Source: Felis catus
Lineage: Eukaryota
Assembly (NCBI RefSeq): GCF_018350175.1
Contig: NC_058368.1
Location: 41,418,001 to 41,482,000, forward strand
Direction: 5' to 3'
Length of the DNA stretch: 64,000 nt
Of the stretch, positions 12,111-24,345 are shown piece after piece (the first letter of the stretch is position 1; every line of letters begins with the position of its first letter). The notes below the pieces were generated by a model that was not told the DNA's origin, did no database searches, and saw only the letters and a program-made list of their open reading frames with translations. A program made the position numbers and the translations under genes.

Positions 12111-13614
12111 AGCACTGAATATGTATCTGTATTCTTCATTTAACTGAAGTTTCTAGAAGTCAGTGTCTTTTTAGCATGCTAAATCTATTCACCCAACGGT
12201 CTTGAATCTATATGCCTAACATAATGTCTTCCTTATAAATCTCAGATCCAAGTTTGTTGGTTGAAAGAACAATGTTTTAAAATCTAATTTTTTTGACCTA
12301 TTGAAATGAGATTCCATTAGTTCATGCCAAAATTTTAAGACATAATAATTATTTGAATAAATACATAATTATATCACTTTCAAAACTGTTAACTGCCTTG
12401 AGAACTACTTTATGATTTTCTGCATATTCTCTTGAGCATAAAATTTCAAAAACTTCTTGGTCATAGAGGCTCACATACATGTCCAAATTACAGAAGCTAC
12501 TACTTATTTATTAGCCACCACTCTATATGTAACTATCTTCCCAGTTCTATTCTCATTTCCCAAGATCTCAGGTAAGACTTGGCTTATATATTAAATGCAT
12601 GTTTGGGAGTAAAAACTAGTTCTCCCTAATTCAGTTGGGATTCAGCATATTTAGGTTTGATTAACCACAAATCATAATGCTTCTCAGAAATTGATATTAA
12701 TATATACATCTCTTTATACTATCTTAGATTCTGTAATATTTTCCAGAATATGCGGTATTGTTTCTTGTACTTTTAAAACTTACTCTGATAAATATAAATG
12801 AACACACGTCTCTTTTATAGCTCTCAACTATATTGTGCTTCCTAACGACATAGTTTACCATTATCTGTAATAATAAATCAGGCTTAAAGAATTCTGGCTA
12901 AAACATTGCCAGCAACAACAGAATGCGGAGAATGGCAAGATGCCATAGTGGGCCATATGACTTACAGTAAGTTGTCTGAAGAGCAGTTTTTAAATATTCT
13001 TACAATCTCCTTATGCACTTTCTCCTTTGATGCAGAGGAATGAATACTTACTCTGAAAAAATAACCTTTGTTGAATGTTTCTTCTCACACATTCTGACAT
13101 CTGCCATACAGCTATGGTGCTGAAATAGGATTTCACATCAAGTATTTATATAATAATATATAACAGTAGAAAACATTATTAGAGACCATTTACGAAGACC
13201 CAAATTGCATAACATTTTCGTTTAAAGAAAGCTTAGCAATTCTATGTAGATAATATTAGTTATCTTATCTCTGTAATAAAAATGTACTAAAAATTAAATT
13301 TTACACCCTGTAATAGAACTATGAACACACACACACACAAAATTGCACACCAAAAATACATGAAATTGAACCTGAGTTGTTTCACTTGGTGCGTGTTACT
13401 CTACTTCATACATTTCTCCCAGTCTGGCACATTTGAGAAATGCCTAGAAAATGTCAAATTAAGAAAAAGCCAATGCGGCATCTTCATGTTATTCCAATCC
13501 CTGCAATTCTCATGTCTGGGTGACATAAATGGAATGGCAGCTGTTTCTTCAGTGCATTTGATATATACTCTCAGAGTCATTTCCTGATGGATATTTTGGT
13601 TGTTACATTTCCAG

Positions 13615-13656
13615 TTGTTGCAGCAGCGATGATGACTCTGACACTCTTCTTTCGAG
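13615..13656 (+). other. Candidate 42-nt internal exon (host gene unknown)
   Basis: ttacatttccag|TTGTTGCAGCAGCGATGATGACTCTGACACTCTTCTTTCGAG|gtaatt; length divisible by 3; two stop-free frames. Confidence 0.3.
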
Positions 13657-14341
13657 GTAATTAAACTTTCAGCCCATCTGTGCAGTAACTTTCATAATAT
13701 TTTCAAAGGGCACGGAATGCTTTTAATATTTGTACCACTTCACTGTTACTTGCTCAGGGACCTATTATCTAGCTGAACATTGTTGAAACAAGTTTTTCAA
13801 AACCTGGCTAGTGAAAGGGGACATGAAAATGTCACATGAGCAGGAAAGTAATGCAACTGATGCTGAATTTTAAAATAACCCGAAGGGTACCTTGTTTACC
13901 AAAACCGCAGTTCGCAGTTAGGCATTTTATCTTTGACTCTTTATGATGTCGAATCTTCAAGTGAGACGACGAGTTCTGAGTATGATCTTTCTTGTTCTGG
14001 AGATACTGTCTGCTTTGAGAAGTTTTTAGCTTTTGTGTACTACAGGAAGAGAAGTTAAATTAGTGTTAAAATAGTGAAGAAATGATGACGTGAGTAGACA
14101 CAGAAAGACCATATGTTTATAAGACCGGGTGTTCCAAAATCATATACAGCATATAAAAATAATGATTATTGTCTCTAGAAAGTAAACTTTAATGCATCAG
14201 TTAGTGTCTAATAACAACTTAGATGTAAACAAGGTCTAATAGAGAAGAGGAACTTTTATATTTTGAAATGTGCTCTTAGTTGAGTCACTTTTTTCCTGTT
14301 ATCAGTATTTATTGTAGGAAGTTTAAAGATAAAGGTATGAA

Positions 14342-14548
14342 GGGGCACCTGAGGGTCTCATTCGGTTGAGCATCCCACTCTTGATTTTGGCTCAGGTGTG
14401 GTCTCACGGCTCCTGAGGGGAAGACCCAGGTCGGGCTCTGCACTGACAGCACAGATCCTGCTTAGGATTCCCTCTCTCCCTTGCCCCCGCTCATGTGTGC
14501 GCACTCTGACTCTCTCTCAAAAAGAAATAATAAAGTAAACATTAAAAT
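14342..14548 (+). mobile_element. Older CanSINE
   Basis: GGGGCACCTGAGGGTCTCATTCGGTTGAGCATCCCACTCTTGATTTTGGCTCAGG…; A-tail. Confidence 0.92.
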
Positions 14549-15369
14549 AAAAGTCATGAAAAAATTCGAATTTTAAAATCTTCTCTAACGCCAATATTCT
14601 CATTAATTACTATTATCAATTTAATTTTGTACATACTTAAGTAGACACAAATTAGCAGTACCCTAGGCATTTTGTTTTACTGCCTACTGTTTTATCTTAT
14701 CATTAACATTTCGAAAGATAAGTCACATTTCTTTCAGTGTCAGCATAGACTTTCATCAATTGGAAGTAACATGTATCATTTAGTGGATCCCTTTTTATTG
14801 TTATACAATGTCTATATTTGATGACCTGTCCTTTTCTATGACTTTTCTTATTTTATATTTAGAAATATTATTCTTTTATAGACAAAGATATATATTCATC
14901 CATATTTTCTTCTTTTTTAAAAAATATGTTATTTAACTAAAAAGTATTTAATTTATTTAAATTTATTTTTGTGAAAAGAATAAATCGGCGATTTTATTTT
15001 TTTCCCTAAACTGTCAGAATGATCTAAATGCCATTTATGTTATTTTTTACTCTTGCCTCTAATTTTCCAGTTGCTTTGTTTATTAGCACTTTCACACTTT
15101 ATCATTCTTCTTGACTCATTTTCAATGATTTATAGATCATTAGCATCAAAATAGAATATCAAAACTTTTATAAATATGTGACTAAAGTCCTATGATAGAA
15201 CATTTATAAATACTAAACACTTATAAATAACTAAAATCCTGTAATGGAACACTAAATCGTCTTTATAAAAGGAGAACACAAAGAACTTTAAAATGTATCA
15301 TTAAGTTTTTAGATAAATATTAGTATGTTACAAGACAGTGAGATCAAAATGAGTGAATTCAGTGTATAT

Positions 15370-15660
15370 GTTAGCTTCCTGGTATGTTCAAGCTCTGCTG
15401 TGTACATGTGTCCCAAAGGTGAAGAAGATATAGTCCTTTTCCTTAAGATACTTTCAAGGAGATAATGCCATTTGGAAAGGTTGTGATAGAATTGATGTAC
15501 AAGTAGTGTGATGTGCAAGTAGTTCATTCAACTCACCTTGGCTGTCAGGAAAGAACTCCTGGAGGAGACACATCGGAACTTGATGATAAAGGATGAATAA
15601 GAATTTTCCAGAAAAACAAAGGTAAGCCTGATACCACATGAATGAAGCCGTGGAAATGTA
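15370..15660 (-). mobile_element. L2 remnant
   Basis: …AGATATAGTCCTTTTCCTTAAG…GTCAGGAAAGAACTCCTGGAGGAG…GGATGAATAAGAATTTTCCAG. Confidence 0.55.
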
Positions 15661-17476
15661 TAACAAAAAGTTTAAGGGAACTGGAAATAGCAATATTGTA
15701 AAACCACGTGAGTTCAGCTATTCTCTGATGGTTTGGTACCCAGAAGCAGAAAAGAAAAGCATAATCATACCCAGATGTCTGTCTGGCTATCATCTGTCTG
15801 TCTGTCTGCCTCTCTATCTATCCAGCCACAAATCCTATTTTTGGCCAAAAAAATAATTGCAGACAGAATAAAAGAGAGAGAACCTATAAGAAAGAGAATA
15901 TGAATAAGAAGCATTACAATGTTTGCTAACACAGAGTTGATCAGCATAAACTAAAATGATATTTTCTTTTAGTTGTTCCTCTGCTTACTACTTACTAGAT
16001 GTATAAAAGGAAGCTTACTGAACTTTGTTGAGTACTGGCAATCCAACACTACAAGAATAGAATGGAGGAAAACCAGCAAATGCCCTCCTGTAACATGGTA
16101 TATGCAGCAAGTAAGAGAATGTTTTATTCTAAAATTTTAAATAAAATAGTCTTAATTTATCTTTAAATCAAAATTCAAGAAAAAAGGTCACAAGAATAGA
16201 GTAGCTTAAGTTAGTGTTAGTCATTCTATATATAATATTATACTGAGTTTGGTGAGGAAATTGAAATAGGAAATTATTCCTGATCTTGTGGAATTTACAA
16301 TATGTTCACTTATTATACAAATGGGAAAATAGTGAATATTGTCTTTATCAATGTTGGCTTTGTTAGGAGACACATACCACTAGTTTCAAACAAACTCCAT
16401 AATTTGTAATTTATTAGAATTTTGATATTTAATTTTGAAATTCCAATGAGTGCTTTCATACTTAAATATGAAATGTATGACATATATAGTTAATTTCTAT
16501 CATAATGGCTGCATTACTCTTAAAAAAATACATGAAACACCTTATGTTGACCATCTTATTACTCTAACTTGAATTTTTGTCTTTATTTTTTAAAATATCA
16601 TTAACTACAAAGTGATGCCATTATATAGGTTTTGTCATTCTAACTTTTTGAAAGAAGTAATAAAGATACAGCCCAACAAAAGTAAAATTCTGCTGTGGAA
16701 ATGGCTTATTTCTCTACTCTTTCCTCTTGATTTGTGGGTAGATTAGTTCATTCTAAATCTTCTCTCTCTCCTCTGACATTTCTCCAAGGTGTCTACATTG
16801 TAAAGGAGACTGGCTTTTCACTGGTCCCAAACAATCATGACATAATTTCTTACTGCCTTATCCAAACCATCTAAAAACACTACAGTTAATTATCTTATAT
16901 AGAAAGAGATAGAATGAAAACAAGTGACTGTTATACACACTCTGATTTTAACATGAAATTCCACTGCATTTTAGGTGAGTTTCATTGAACTAGAAACAGA
17001 TGGCTACAGTAAATCAGGTTGTAGAGCAGTTTGCACTATGCAGTACAGGATTTGTAGCACGAATCTCACAAAGATAAGATATTGTTTTATAATCAGATTC
17101 ATGGAAAGTCACTATTCATCCCTTATCTCATGAGGAAAGGGGATAACGTGAATTAAACAGTTGATTTAAAATATACATCTAGAGAAACACAATCACTAAA
17201 TATTTGAATCTCTTAGTGGGCTGACAATCAGCAGGCCCGTTCTTCATGAGGAATGTAGCAAACAGGACACAGTTACTTTTCTAATAATGTGGATATACTA
17301 GTGTCATGCTATCTGGGGAGTAAAGAAAAGGAATTTGTCCCTGATCTTTTGAGAAGTAACGAGATACATCTTACCTCCCCTCTCAAAAACAGACTTCAAA
17401 TGATTAGGCACAAAATGTCATAATAGGCATAATGAGTATTCGCTTTACAGAATTTCTTTAAGAATCCTATGTTATA

Positions 17477-17680
17477 GGGGCGCTTGGGTGGCTCAGTCGG
17501 GTAAGCGTCTGACTTCCGCTCAGGTCATAATCTCACGGTTGGTGAGTTCAAGCCCTGCGTCGGGCTCTGTGCTGACAGGGCACAGCCCACTTTGGATCCT
17601 CTGCCTCCCTCTCTCTGCACCCACTTGCACACATACTCTCTCTCTCTCTCTCTCTCAAAAATAAATACAAACTTTTTTTT
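17477..17680 (+). mobile_element. CanSINE
   Basis: Canonical head; TSD TCCTATGTTA. Confidence 0.96.
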
Positions 17681-19814
17681 AAAGTCCTATGTTACAGAAA
17701 CTTAACATTAATCTAGACTCCTTTTTAAGTATTCTTTTACTTTACTTTCTGAGTTAACACCAAAAAAGACAAACTATATTTGTCAAGAATCTCATATTTA
17801 AATGAGTACAAATATTAACAAAATTTACTTTAATTACCTTAACATGTTTTCAGCATTAAATGCAATTCATTATTTGAAACAATTTTCAACCACATGCTAT
17901 TTTTGTAGCTTATTCACTAAATTTTACTTAATACATTTAGCCAAGTTGACAGAAAAGAAGTTCACAGCAGTGGCTTTCTTCATTGAGGGAAATTCACTTT
18001 ATTTCTCCCACAGGGATCTCACTAGAGGTTCAGCATTTACATTTCTCAGGAATCTTAATATCCTCAGTGGGGTCAAAATAATTGTTTTAGGCATTTAGTG
18101 CTTGAATAAATCAAGACTGGCCCAAATTATCTGAACACGTACAGAAGTCATGCCAAAACAGCACCATTCCATATTTTAGAATACATAGTTATCTATAGTA
18201 TTCTCTCGTTCCTCCCACAAAATCTAAAAGCTTGGTTCAGCCTAAATTTTACACATTGGCTGAACTTAAACTGTCTGTGCAAATATGAAAATGTATACAT
18301 TTTAACTAGACATATTTACAAATATTTCAATGAAATATTTTAGGGAGTGCTAATCAAAAAATAAATTATATAATGTGGTAGCTTATTATTAGAACTATAG
18401 AATATTCATAGGAAATCTGAAAGTAAATATCCTTTCTAATAACCAAGGACGTAGCCAATATTCAAAATTTCTGATGGTCATACAGCCATTGAAAGAGGCA
18501 CCCCAACTGGTGAGCAGTATTATTAACAGCTTTATATTCTTTATTTATATCAAGTAAAATCCACATTGTTCATTACTATGATGTCAACTTTGGTGCCTGT
18601 ATTACCCTCCCGAGCACACAGTTTGAGGCACTGCATGTTACAACTGATAACTCTTACTGAAAGAGGAAGAAGAGGTGGGGGCAGTTTCAAGGGACCCTAC
18701 CTCCCTTGATATGGGAACTGAAGGCATAGTGGAAGGCAAAGCTAAAAACTAGGCAGTAAGGGATGAGGACCATTCTCTTCCATGGGGTGACAGATGGGAT
18801 GGTAGTGACGGGTGCACAGCCACATTTGGCAGTTATATGGGGAGGAAACCCAAGAAAGTTGGGATCATAGGGAGAAAGGAGGTTTCCAGGCAGTTTCCCA
18901 CAGAACTCAAGACACATTTTGGATTCATTGTGACTAGGTAGCCAGGTGGAACTAGAAATGTGGATTAACCTAGTTTAAGGAGACAGTGATAGAATGAACA
19001 TACTTGTGCTTTCTCCTGTTCAGCTAAGGTCTCCCATTAGTATAAAAATATCCATGTGCCATTTGCTAGTGTGTCACTTTACACAGAAAATGAAGTATAT
19101 AGAGCTAGATAGAATATTCCAAATGTGAGCCGATTCCCATGTAGTGCAGTAGGATTACCATATCCTTTTGTATTAATAAATACATTCAATTCTCTATACA
19201 TGGTCCTGGGTGCTTTCCGTATATAGATCCCTTCTGTAGTTCTGCAACCCATAAACCTCTGAGAAGTGAAAGGTCTTTCATATGTGATGCAAACTTGTTT
19301 GCACAAAACCTGATTTGACTCATGAAGAGGTATTTTATGGTCTTTATTAATCCCATCTGATGTGAATATTGGCAGCTTTCACTACAAAAATGTCAAGCTG
19401 CCTTGTAACTCATTGGGAATATTTCAGTATAAATACTATTTCACTCTTCTGAAATTGGAAAAATTGTGAATTCTAAAACACTTCTGCATCTGAAGGTTTT
19501 AGGTAGGTGATTATAGATCTGAACTCACCCCTTTAAAACTCTCAAAATTAAAACATGAAATAGGTACATTTCTGCATTACATATATGTTGATGAATTGCT
19601 CACGGTAATAGAGCTAATTAATAAACTTTCTAGAATGTAAAACACAGCAATCTGGTTTCAGAGTCCATTCTTCTCCTGAAACTTTATGATCACCTGAAAT
19701 GACCTTATGTAAAGGTCAATATTCAGTATGATAACATTCTGTTCAGTGGACATCATTTAATGTGTATTTTCTTGGCCAGTGAAGTCTTTCATCTGCCCCA
19801 AGAATTTGCACGTC

Positions 19815-20038
19815 TTTTTTTTAATGTTTATTTTTTTTATTTTGAGAGGGAGAGTGTGGAGGGAGGGCAAAGAGAGAGTGAAGGAGGGGCAGAAAGAGAA
19901 GGAGAGAGAAAATCCCAAGCAGGCTCCACACTGTTAGCACAGAGCCTGACACAGGGCCTCAATTCCACAGTGTGAGATCATGACTTGGGCCGAAATCAAG
20001 AGTGGAACACTTAACCGACAGAGCCATCTAGGCATCCC
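19815..20038 (-). mobile_element. CanSINE
   Basis: Reverse body and T-tail; approximate TSD AAGA(A/T)TTTGCAC(G/C)TCT. Confidence 0.95.
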
Positions 20039-20465
20039 AAGATTTTGCACCTCTAATAGCCATTTTGTCCAAGGATTTGATTTCTTTAAGCCTTACTGGA
20101 CATCCTAAAGAAATGTTCAGATGATGTAATGAGGAGTCCTTAATACTATGATTCTATTCTGGAAGCAATAAGTAAGACAAAGAAGGGCAAGGTGTTCTTG
20201 ATTTGTTTGTTTGTTGCTGTTTTCCAAAACATCTCACTTAGCTATGTGGGAAAATAAAAGTAGGATATTGGAAAGTTTCTTTCTCTTAAACCAACAGAGA
20301 AGAAAAATATTATGCATTCATTTTTAATTGGGAGGGATCTTATTATATTTTATTTAGTCTAAGTTGCTTTTTAGTCCAAATTTTGAAAAGCTCCAATTCT
20401 CCCTTACTAGAGGTAAATTCTTAACACCACCGACATCATAGAAAAAAATAATTTCATTTCAAGTC

Positions 20466-20645
20466 ACATATTATATTATACACATATACACATGTATGTG
20501 TATATATGTACATATTATACATATATACACATACATGTGTATTTGCACATATTATACATATATACACATACATGTGTATATATGTACATATTATACATAT
20601 ATACACATACATGTGTGAATATATCTGCATATATTCATATATATT
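20466..20645. repeat. TA/CA-rich minisatellite, ~37-39 bp unit
   Basis: CATATTATACATATATACACATACATGTG at 20511, 20548 and 20587. Confidence 0.9.
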
Positions 20646-21197
20646 ATCTTAGTGCTGCCACAAAAATATCATGGTGTATATAACAGCACGATAATTACAT
20701 AGTAAGCACTTAATCTTTTCAAGAGCTAAATTTGAAGTATGTAACTCCCTATGGAATATAACTCAATAATGCATTAGTTTTACATGTATTTCTATTAACT
20801 ATTCTATTTTTTTCTTTCCAATTATTAAGCTTCTCTTTCAGCATAACTTCAGGCTACAAATACTCTTTTGTCTATTGCCTTTAGTAGATAATTTATATTC
20901 TTGTGATTTGTTACATTTGCATGTTATGCATTTATAGTTACATTACCCACTAAAAAAAGATTAGATTGTTGGAGAAGTTAACAAGGTTATGAAACTAGTG
21001 CATTGATTAAGAGGTGTATTCATTTATACAAGAATTATTTATCAATTTTTCTACCATTTGCTATGTCCACCGTCATCACTAGGAATAAACTAAGAAATTA
21101 ATACAAAATGTCCCCTCCCCTCACATAGCTAATGGTCATTTCCCTATTCCATCAAAGACACCTAAATAATACAGAACTTCTTAATAATTTCTGTCTT

Positions 21198-21418
21198 GGG
21201 GCGCCTGGGTGGCGCAGTCGGTTAAGCGTCCGACTTCAGCCAGGTCACGATCTCGCGGTCCGTGAGTTCGAGCCCCGCGTCGGGCTCTGGGCTGATGGCT
21301 CAGAGCCTGGAGCCTGTTTCCAATTCTGTGTCTCCCTCTCTCTCTGCCCCTCCCCCGTTCATGCTCTGTCTCTGTCTGTCCCAAAAATAAATAAACGTTG
21401 AAAAAAATTAAAAAAAAA
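21198..21418 (+). mobile_element. Young SINEC_Fc
   Basis: Near-consensus; perfect 15-bp TSD AATAATTTCTGTCTT (21183-21197 and 21419-21433). Confidence 0.98.
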
Positions 21419-21537
21419 AATAATTTCTGTCTTTTTCTTCCTAAAATAAATTTCTCATTCTTAAACCTCTGAGGTCTCTTTGATAGACATATTCATATTG
21501 GCTTGTTATAAGAATTCCTATTCTTTTAAAGTGGACA

Positions 21538-22155
21538 CCAAACTGTCTTGATTATTACAGCTTTGTAATATACCTTGAAATCCAGAATCATGATGCCTCA
21601 GTTTTGTTTTTCTTTTTCAGGATTGCTTTGGCTATTTGGGGTCTTTTGTGGTTCCATACAAATTTTAGGATTGTTTGTTCTAGCTCTGCAAAAAATGCTG
21701 GTGGCATTAAATGTGTAGATTGTTTGGGTAGTATAGACATTTTAACAATGTTTGTTCTTCCAATCCATGTGCATGGAAAGTTTTTGCATTTCTTTGTGTC
21801 CTTTTCAATTCATTTCATACATGTTGTATAGCTTTCACAGTATAGATCTTTTACCTCTTTAGTTAGGTTGATTTCTAGGGATCTTATTGTTTTGGTGAAA
21901 TTGCAAAAAGGATTGATTCCTTGATTTCTTTTTCTGCTGCTTCAGTATTGGTATATAAAAATACAAAATATTTCTGTGCATTGATTTTATATCCTGCGGT
22001 TTTGCTGAATTCCTGTATTCTAGTAATTTTTTGGTGGAAGTCTTTCAGGTTGTCTACATAGAGTATTAGGTTGCCTACAAACATTGAAAGTTTGACTCCT
22101 TTTTGCCGGTTTGCATGCCTTTTATTTCCTTTTATTGTCTGACTGCTGAGGCTGA
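21538..22155 (-). mobile_element. Carnivore L1 ORF2 reverse-transcriptase fragment (inverted 5' part)
   Basis: Minus-strand translation [21 protein letters not shown]…[15 protein letters not shown] is a decayed EVKLSLFADDMILY…GYKINVQKS. Confidence 0.93.
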
Positions 22156-22542
22156 GCAGAGAAAGGGGAACCCTCTTGCACTGTTGGTTGGAATGCAAAT
22201 TGGTGCAGCCACTCTGGAAGGCAGTATGGAGGCTCCTCAAAAAACTAAAAATAGAACTACCCTACAATCCAACAATTATTCTCTTAGGTATTTACCCAAA
22301 GGACACAGAAATACAAATTCTGAGGGGTACATGCACTCCAATGTTTACAGCAGCATTATCAACAATATAGCCAAACTAAAGGGGTGCCTGGGTGGCTCAG
22401 TCTGTTAAGCATCTAACTTTTGGTTTTGACTCAGGTTGTAAGTCTGAGCCCCAAACTGGACTCAGCGCTGTGCATGGGGCCTGCTTAAGATTCTTTCTCT
22501 TTCTCTCTCTCTGCCCTCCCCCTTTGCATGGACACATGTGTG

Positions 22543-22573
<31 letters not shown>

Positions 22574-22680
22574 CTTAAGGAAAAAAAAAACAATAGCCAA
22601 ACAGTGGAGTGAGCCCAAATGTCCATTGACTGATGAATGGACAAAGATGATGTGGCATATATATTTGTATATAATCACTA

Positions 22681-22724
<44 letters not shown>

Positions 22725-23150
22725 ATCTATATGTATATGTATGATCATGGAATATTACTCAGCCATCAAAAAACAATTAAATCTTGCCATTTGTAATAAT
22801 GTGGATAGAAATAGTGTATTATGCTAAGTGAAATAAGGCAATCAGAGAAAGACAAATACAGCATATGATTTCATTCATATGTGGAATTTAAGAAACAAAA
22901 CAGATGAACATATGGGGGTGGGGGGAAGAGGAGAGAGGGAAATAAATTTCAAGAGACTCTTAACAATAGAGAACAAATTGAGGGTTGATGGAGGGAGGTG
23001 GATAGGAGATGGGCTAGATGGGTAATGAGTATTAATGATGGCACTTGTGATGAGCACTGGGTGTTGTATGTAAGTGATGTATCAGTGAATTTTACTCCTG
23101 AAACCAACAATGCGCTGTAAGTTAACTAACTTAAAATTAAATTTTAAAAA
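22156..23150 (+). mobile_element. Carnivore L1 3' end (ORF2 C-terminus plus 3' UTR), with a SINE insert and (TATC)n at ~22680-22730
   Basis: [31 protein letters not shown]…LLGIYPK (ORF2 cysteine-rich domain); 3' UTR ending …CCTGAAACCAAC…GTTAACTAAC plus A-rich tail. Confidence 0.95.
22381..22590 (+). mobile_element. CanSINE inserted in L1
   Basis: GGGGTGCCTGGGTGGCTCAGTC head; TSD ATAGCCAAAC. Confidence 0.93.
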
Positions 23151-23189
23151 ATACACCCTATTGGAAGAGGCTGAAAAATATTCTTGTGA

Positions 23190-23430
23190 CAACTATTCTT
23201 TTTTCAGTTTTGTCAATATTTGCTATGTATATGAAGTGATATTGGGTAAATTCATCTTTTAAACTATTTTGTTTTTCTGAAGAATTAATCATTTTATAAT
23301 TATGATCTCCCTCTTTATCTTCAGCAATGTATTTTGGTTTGAATTTCATTTTGTCTAATATTACAATAAACACACTTGCCTTCTTATGATTAATGTATGC
23401 CTAATGTATTTTTCCAACATTTTATTTCTT
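23190..23430 (-). mobile_element. Old L1 ORF2 endonuclease remnant
   Basis: ILDKMKFKPKYIAEDKEGDH resembles L1 endonuclease ISDKIDFKTK…RDKEGHY. Confidence 0.7.
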
Positions 23431-23624
23431 TGTTTTTCTTTGCCATATTTTTTATTTTTTAACAAATACCATTGATACTTTTAGTTTCAATTTAGTGTTT
23501 GCAATTTTAGGCAACTCTTGGCATTATACCACATTCCATTTTATCAATCATTAGTTATCAGTTCATTAATTCCTTCCTCAGATATGATAGTGTTTCTGTC
23601 ACCATAGTCTCCTTCATTGGATTC

Positions 23625-24345
23625 TTTTAAGTTTTTAACTCCAATTAGTTAACATACAGTATTGTATTAGTTTCAGGTGCACAACATTGTAATTTACCAC
23701 TTCCATACATCAGCCAGTGCTCTTTAACAAGTACACTCTTTAACATTATCATCTATTTAACCCATCCCCACACCTACCTACCCTCTTGTAACCATCAGTT
23801 TGTTCTCTATACTTAAGAGTGTTTCGTGATTTGCTTCTCTCTCTCTCTATTCCCTTTTGCTTGTTTGTTTTGTTTCTTAAATTCCACATATGAGTGAAAT
23901 TATATGGTATTTGTCTTTCTCTGACTTACTTTGCTTAGTATAATACACTTTAATGTCATCCACGTTGTTGCAAATAGCAAGATTTCACTTTTTTATGGCT
24001 GAGTAATATTCCATTTTACATATTTATGTGTGCACATATACACACACACGTACCACCTTTTTTTTATTCATTCATCAGGCAATGAACATTTGAGCTCTTT
24101 CCATAATTTGCCCATTGGGGATAAAGCTGTATAAATATTGAGGTGCAAGTATCCCTTCAAATTAGTTTTTTTTTTGAATTAGTATTTTTATATTCTTTGG
24201 ATAAAGATCTTGTAGTGTAACTGAAGGATCTTAGTTTAGTTCTATTTTTAACTTTTTGTGGAGCTTCCATACTGTTTTCCAGAGTGGCTGCATCAGTTTG
24301 CATTCCCACCAACAATGCAAGGGGGTTCCCCTTTCTCCACATCAC
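23625..24345 (-). mobile_element. Carnivore L1 3' end, antisense
   Basis: TTAGTTAACATACAG…TTAGTTTCAGGTG…CCACATATGAGTGAAAT…CCAGAGTGGCTGCATCAGTTTGCATTCCCACCAAC. Confidence 0.95.

Noticed and set aside
13629..13780. Possible C/D-box snoRNA (ATGATGA at 13629)
   Set aside because: No terminal D box at a typical distance, and no terminal stem or rRNA-antisense element visible.
21198..21280. tRNA-like A/B boxes (TGGCGCAGTCGG, GTTCGAGCC)
   Set aside because: These are tRNA-derived SINE heads with a SINE body, tail and TSD, not tRNA genes.
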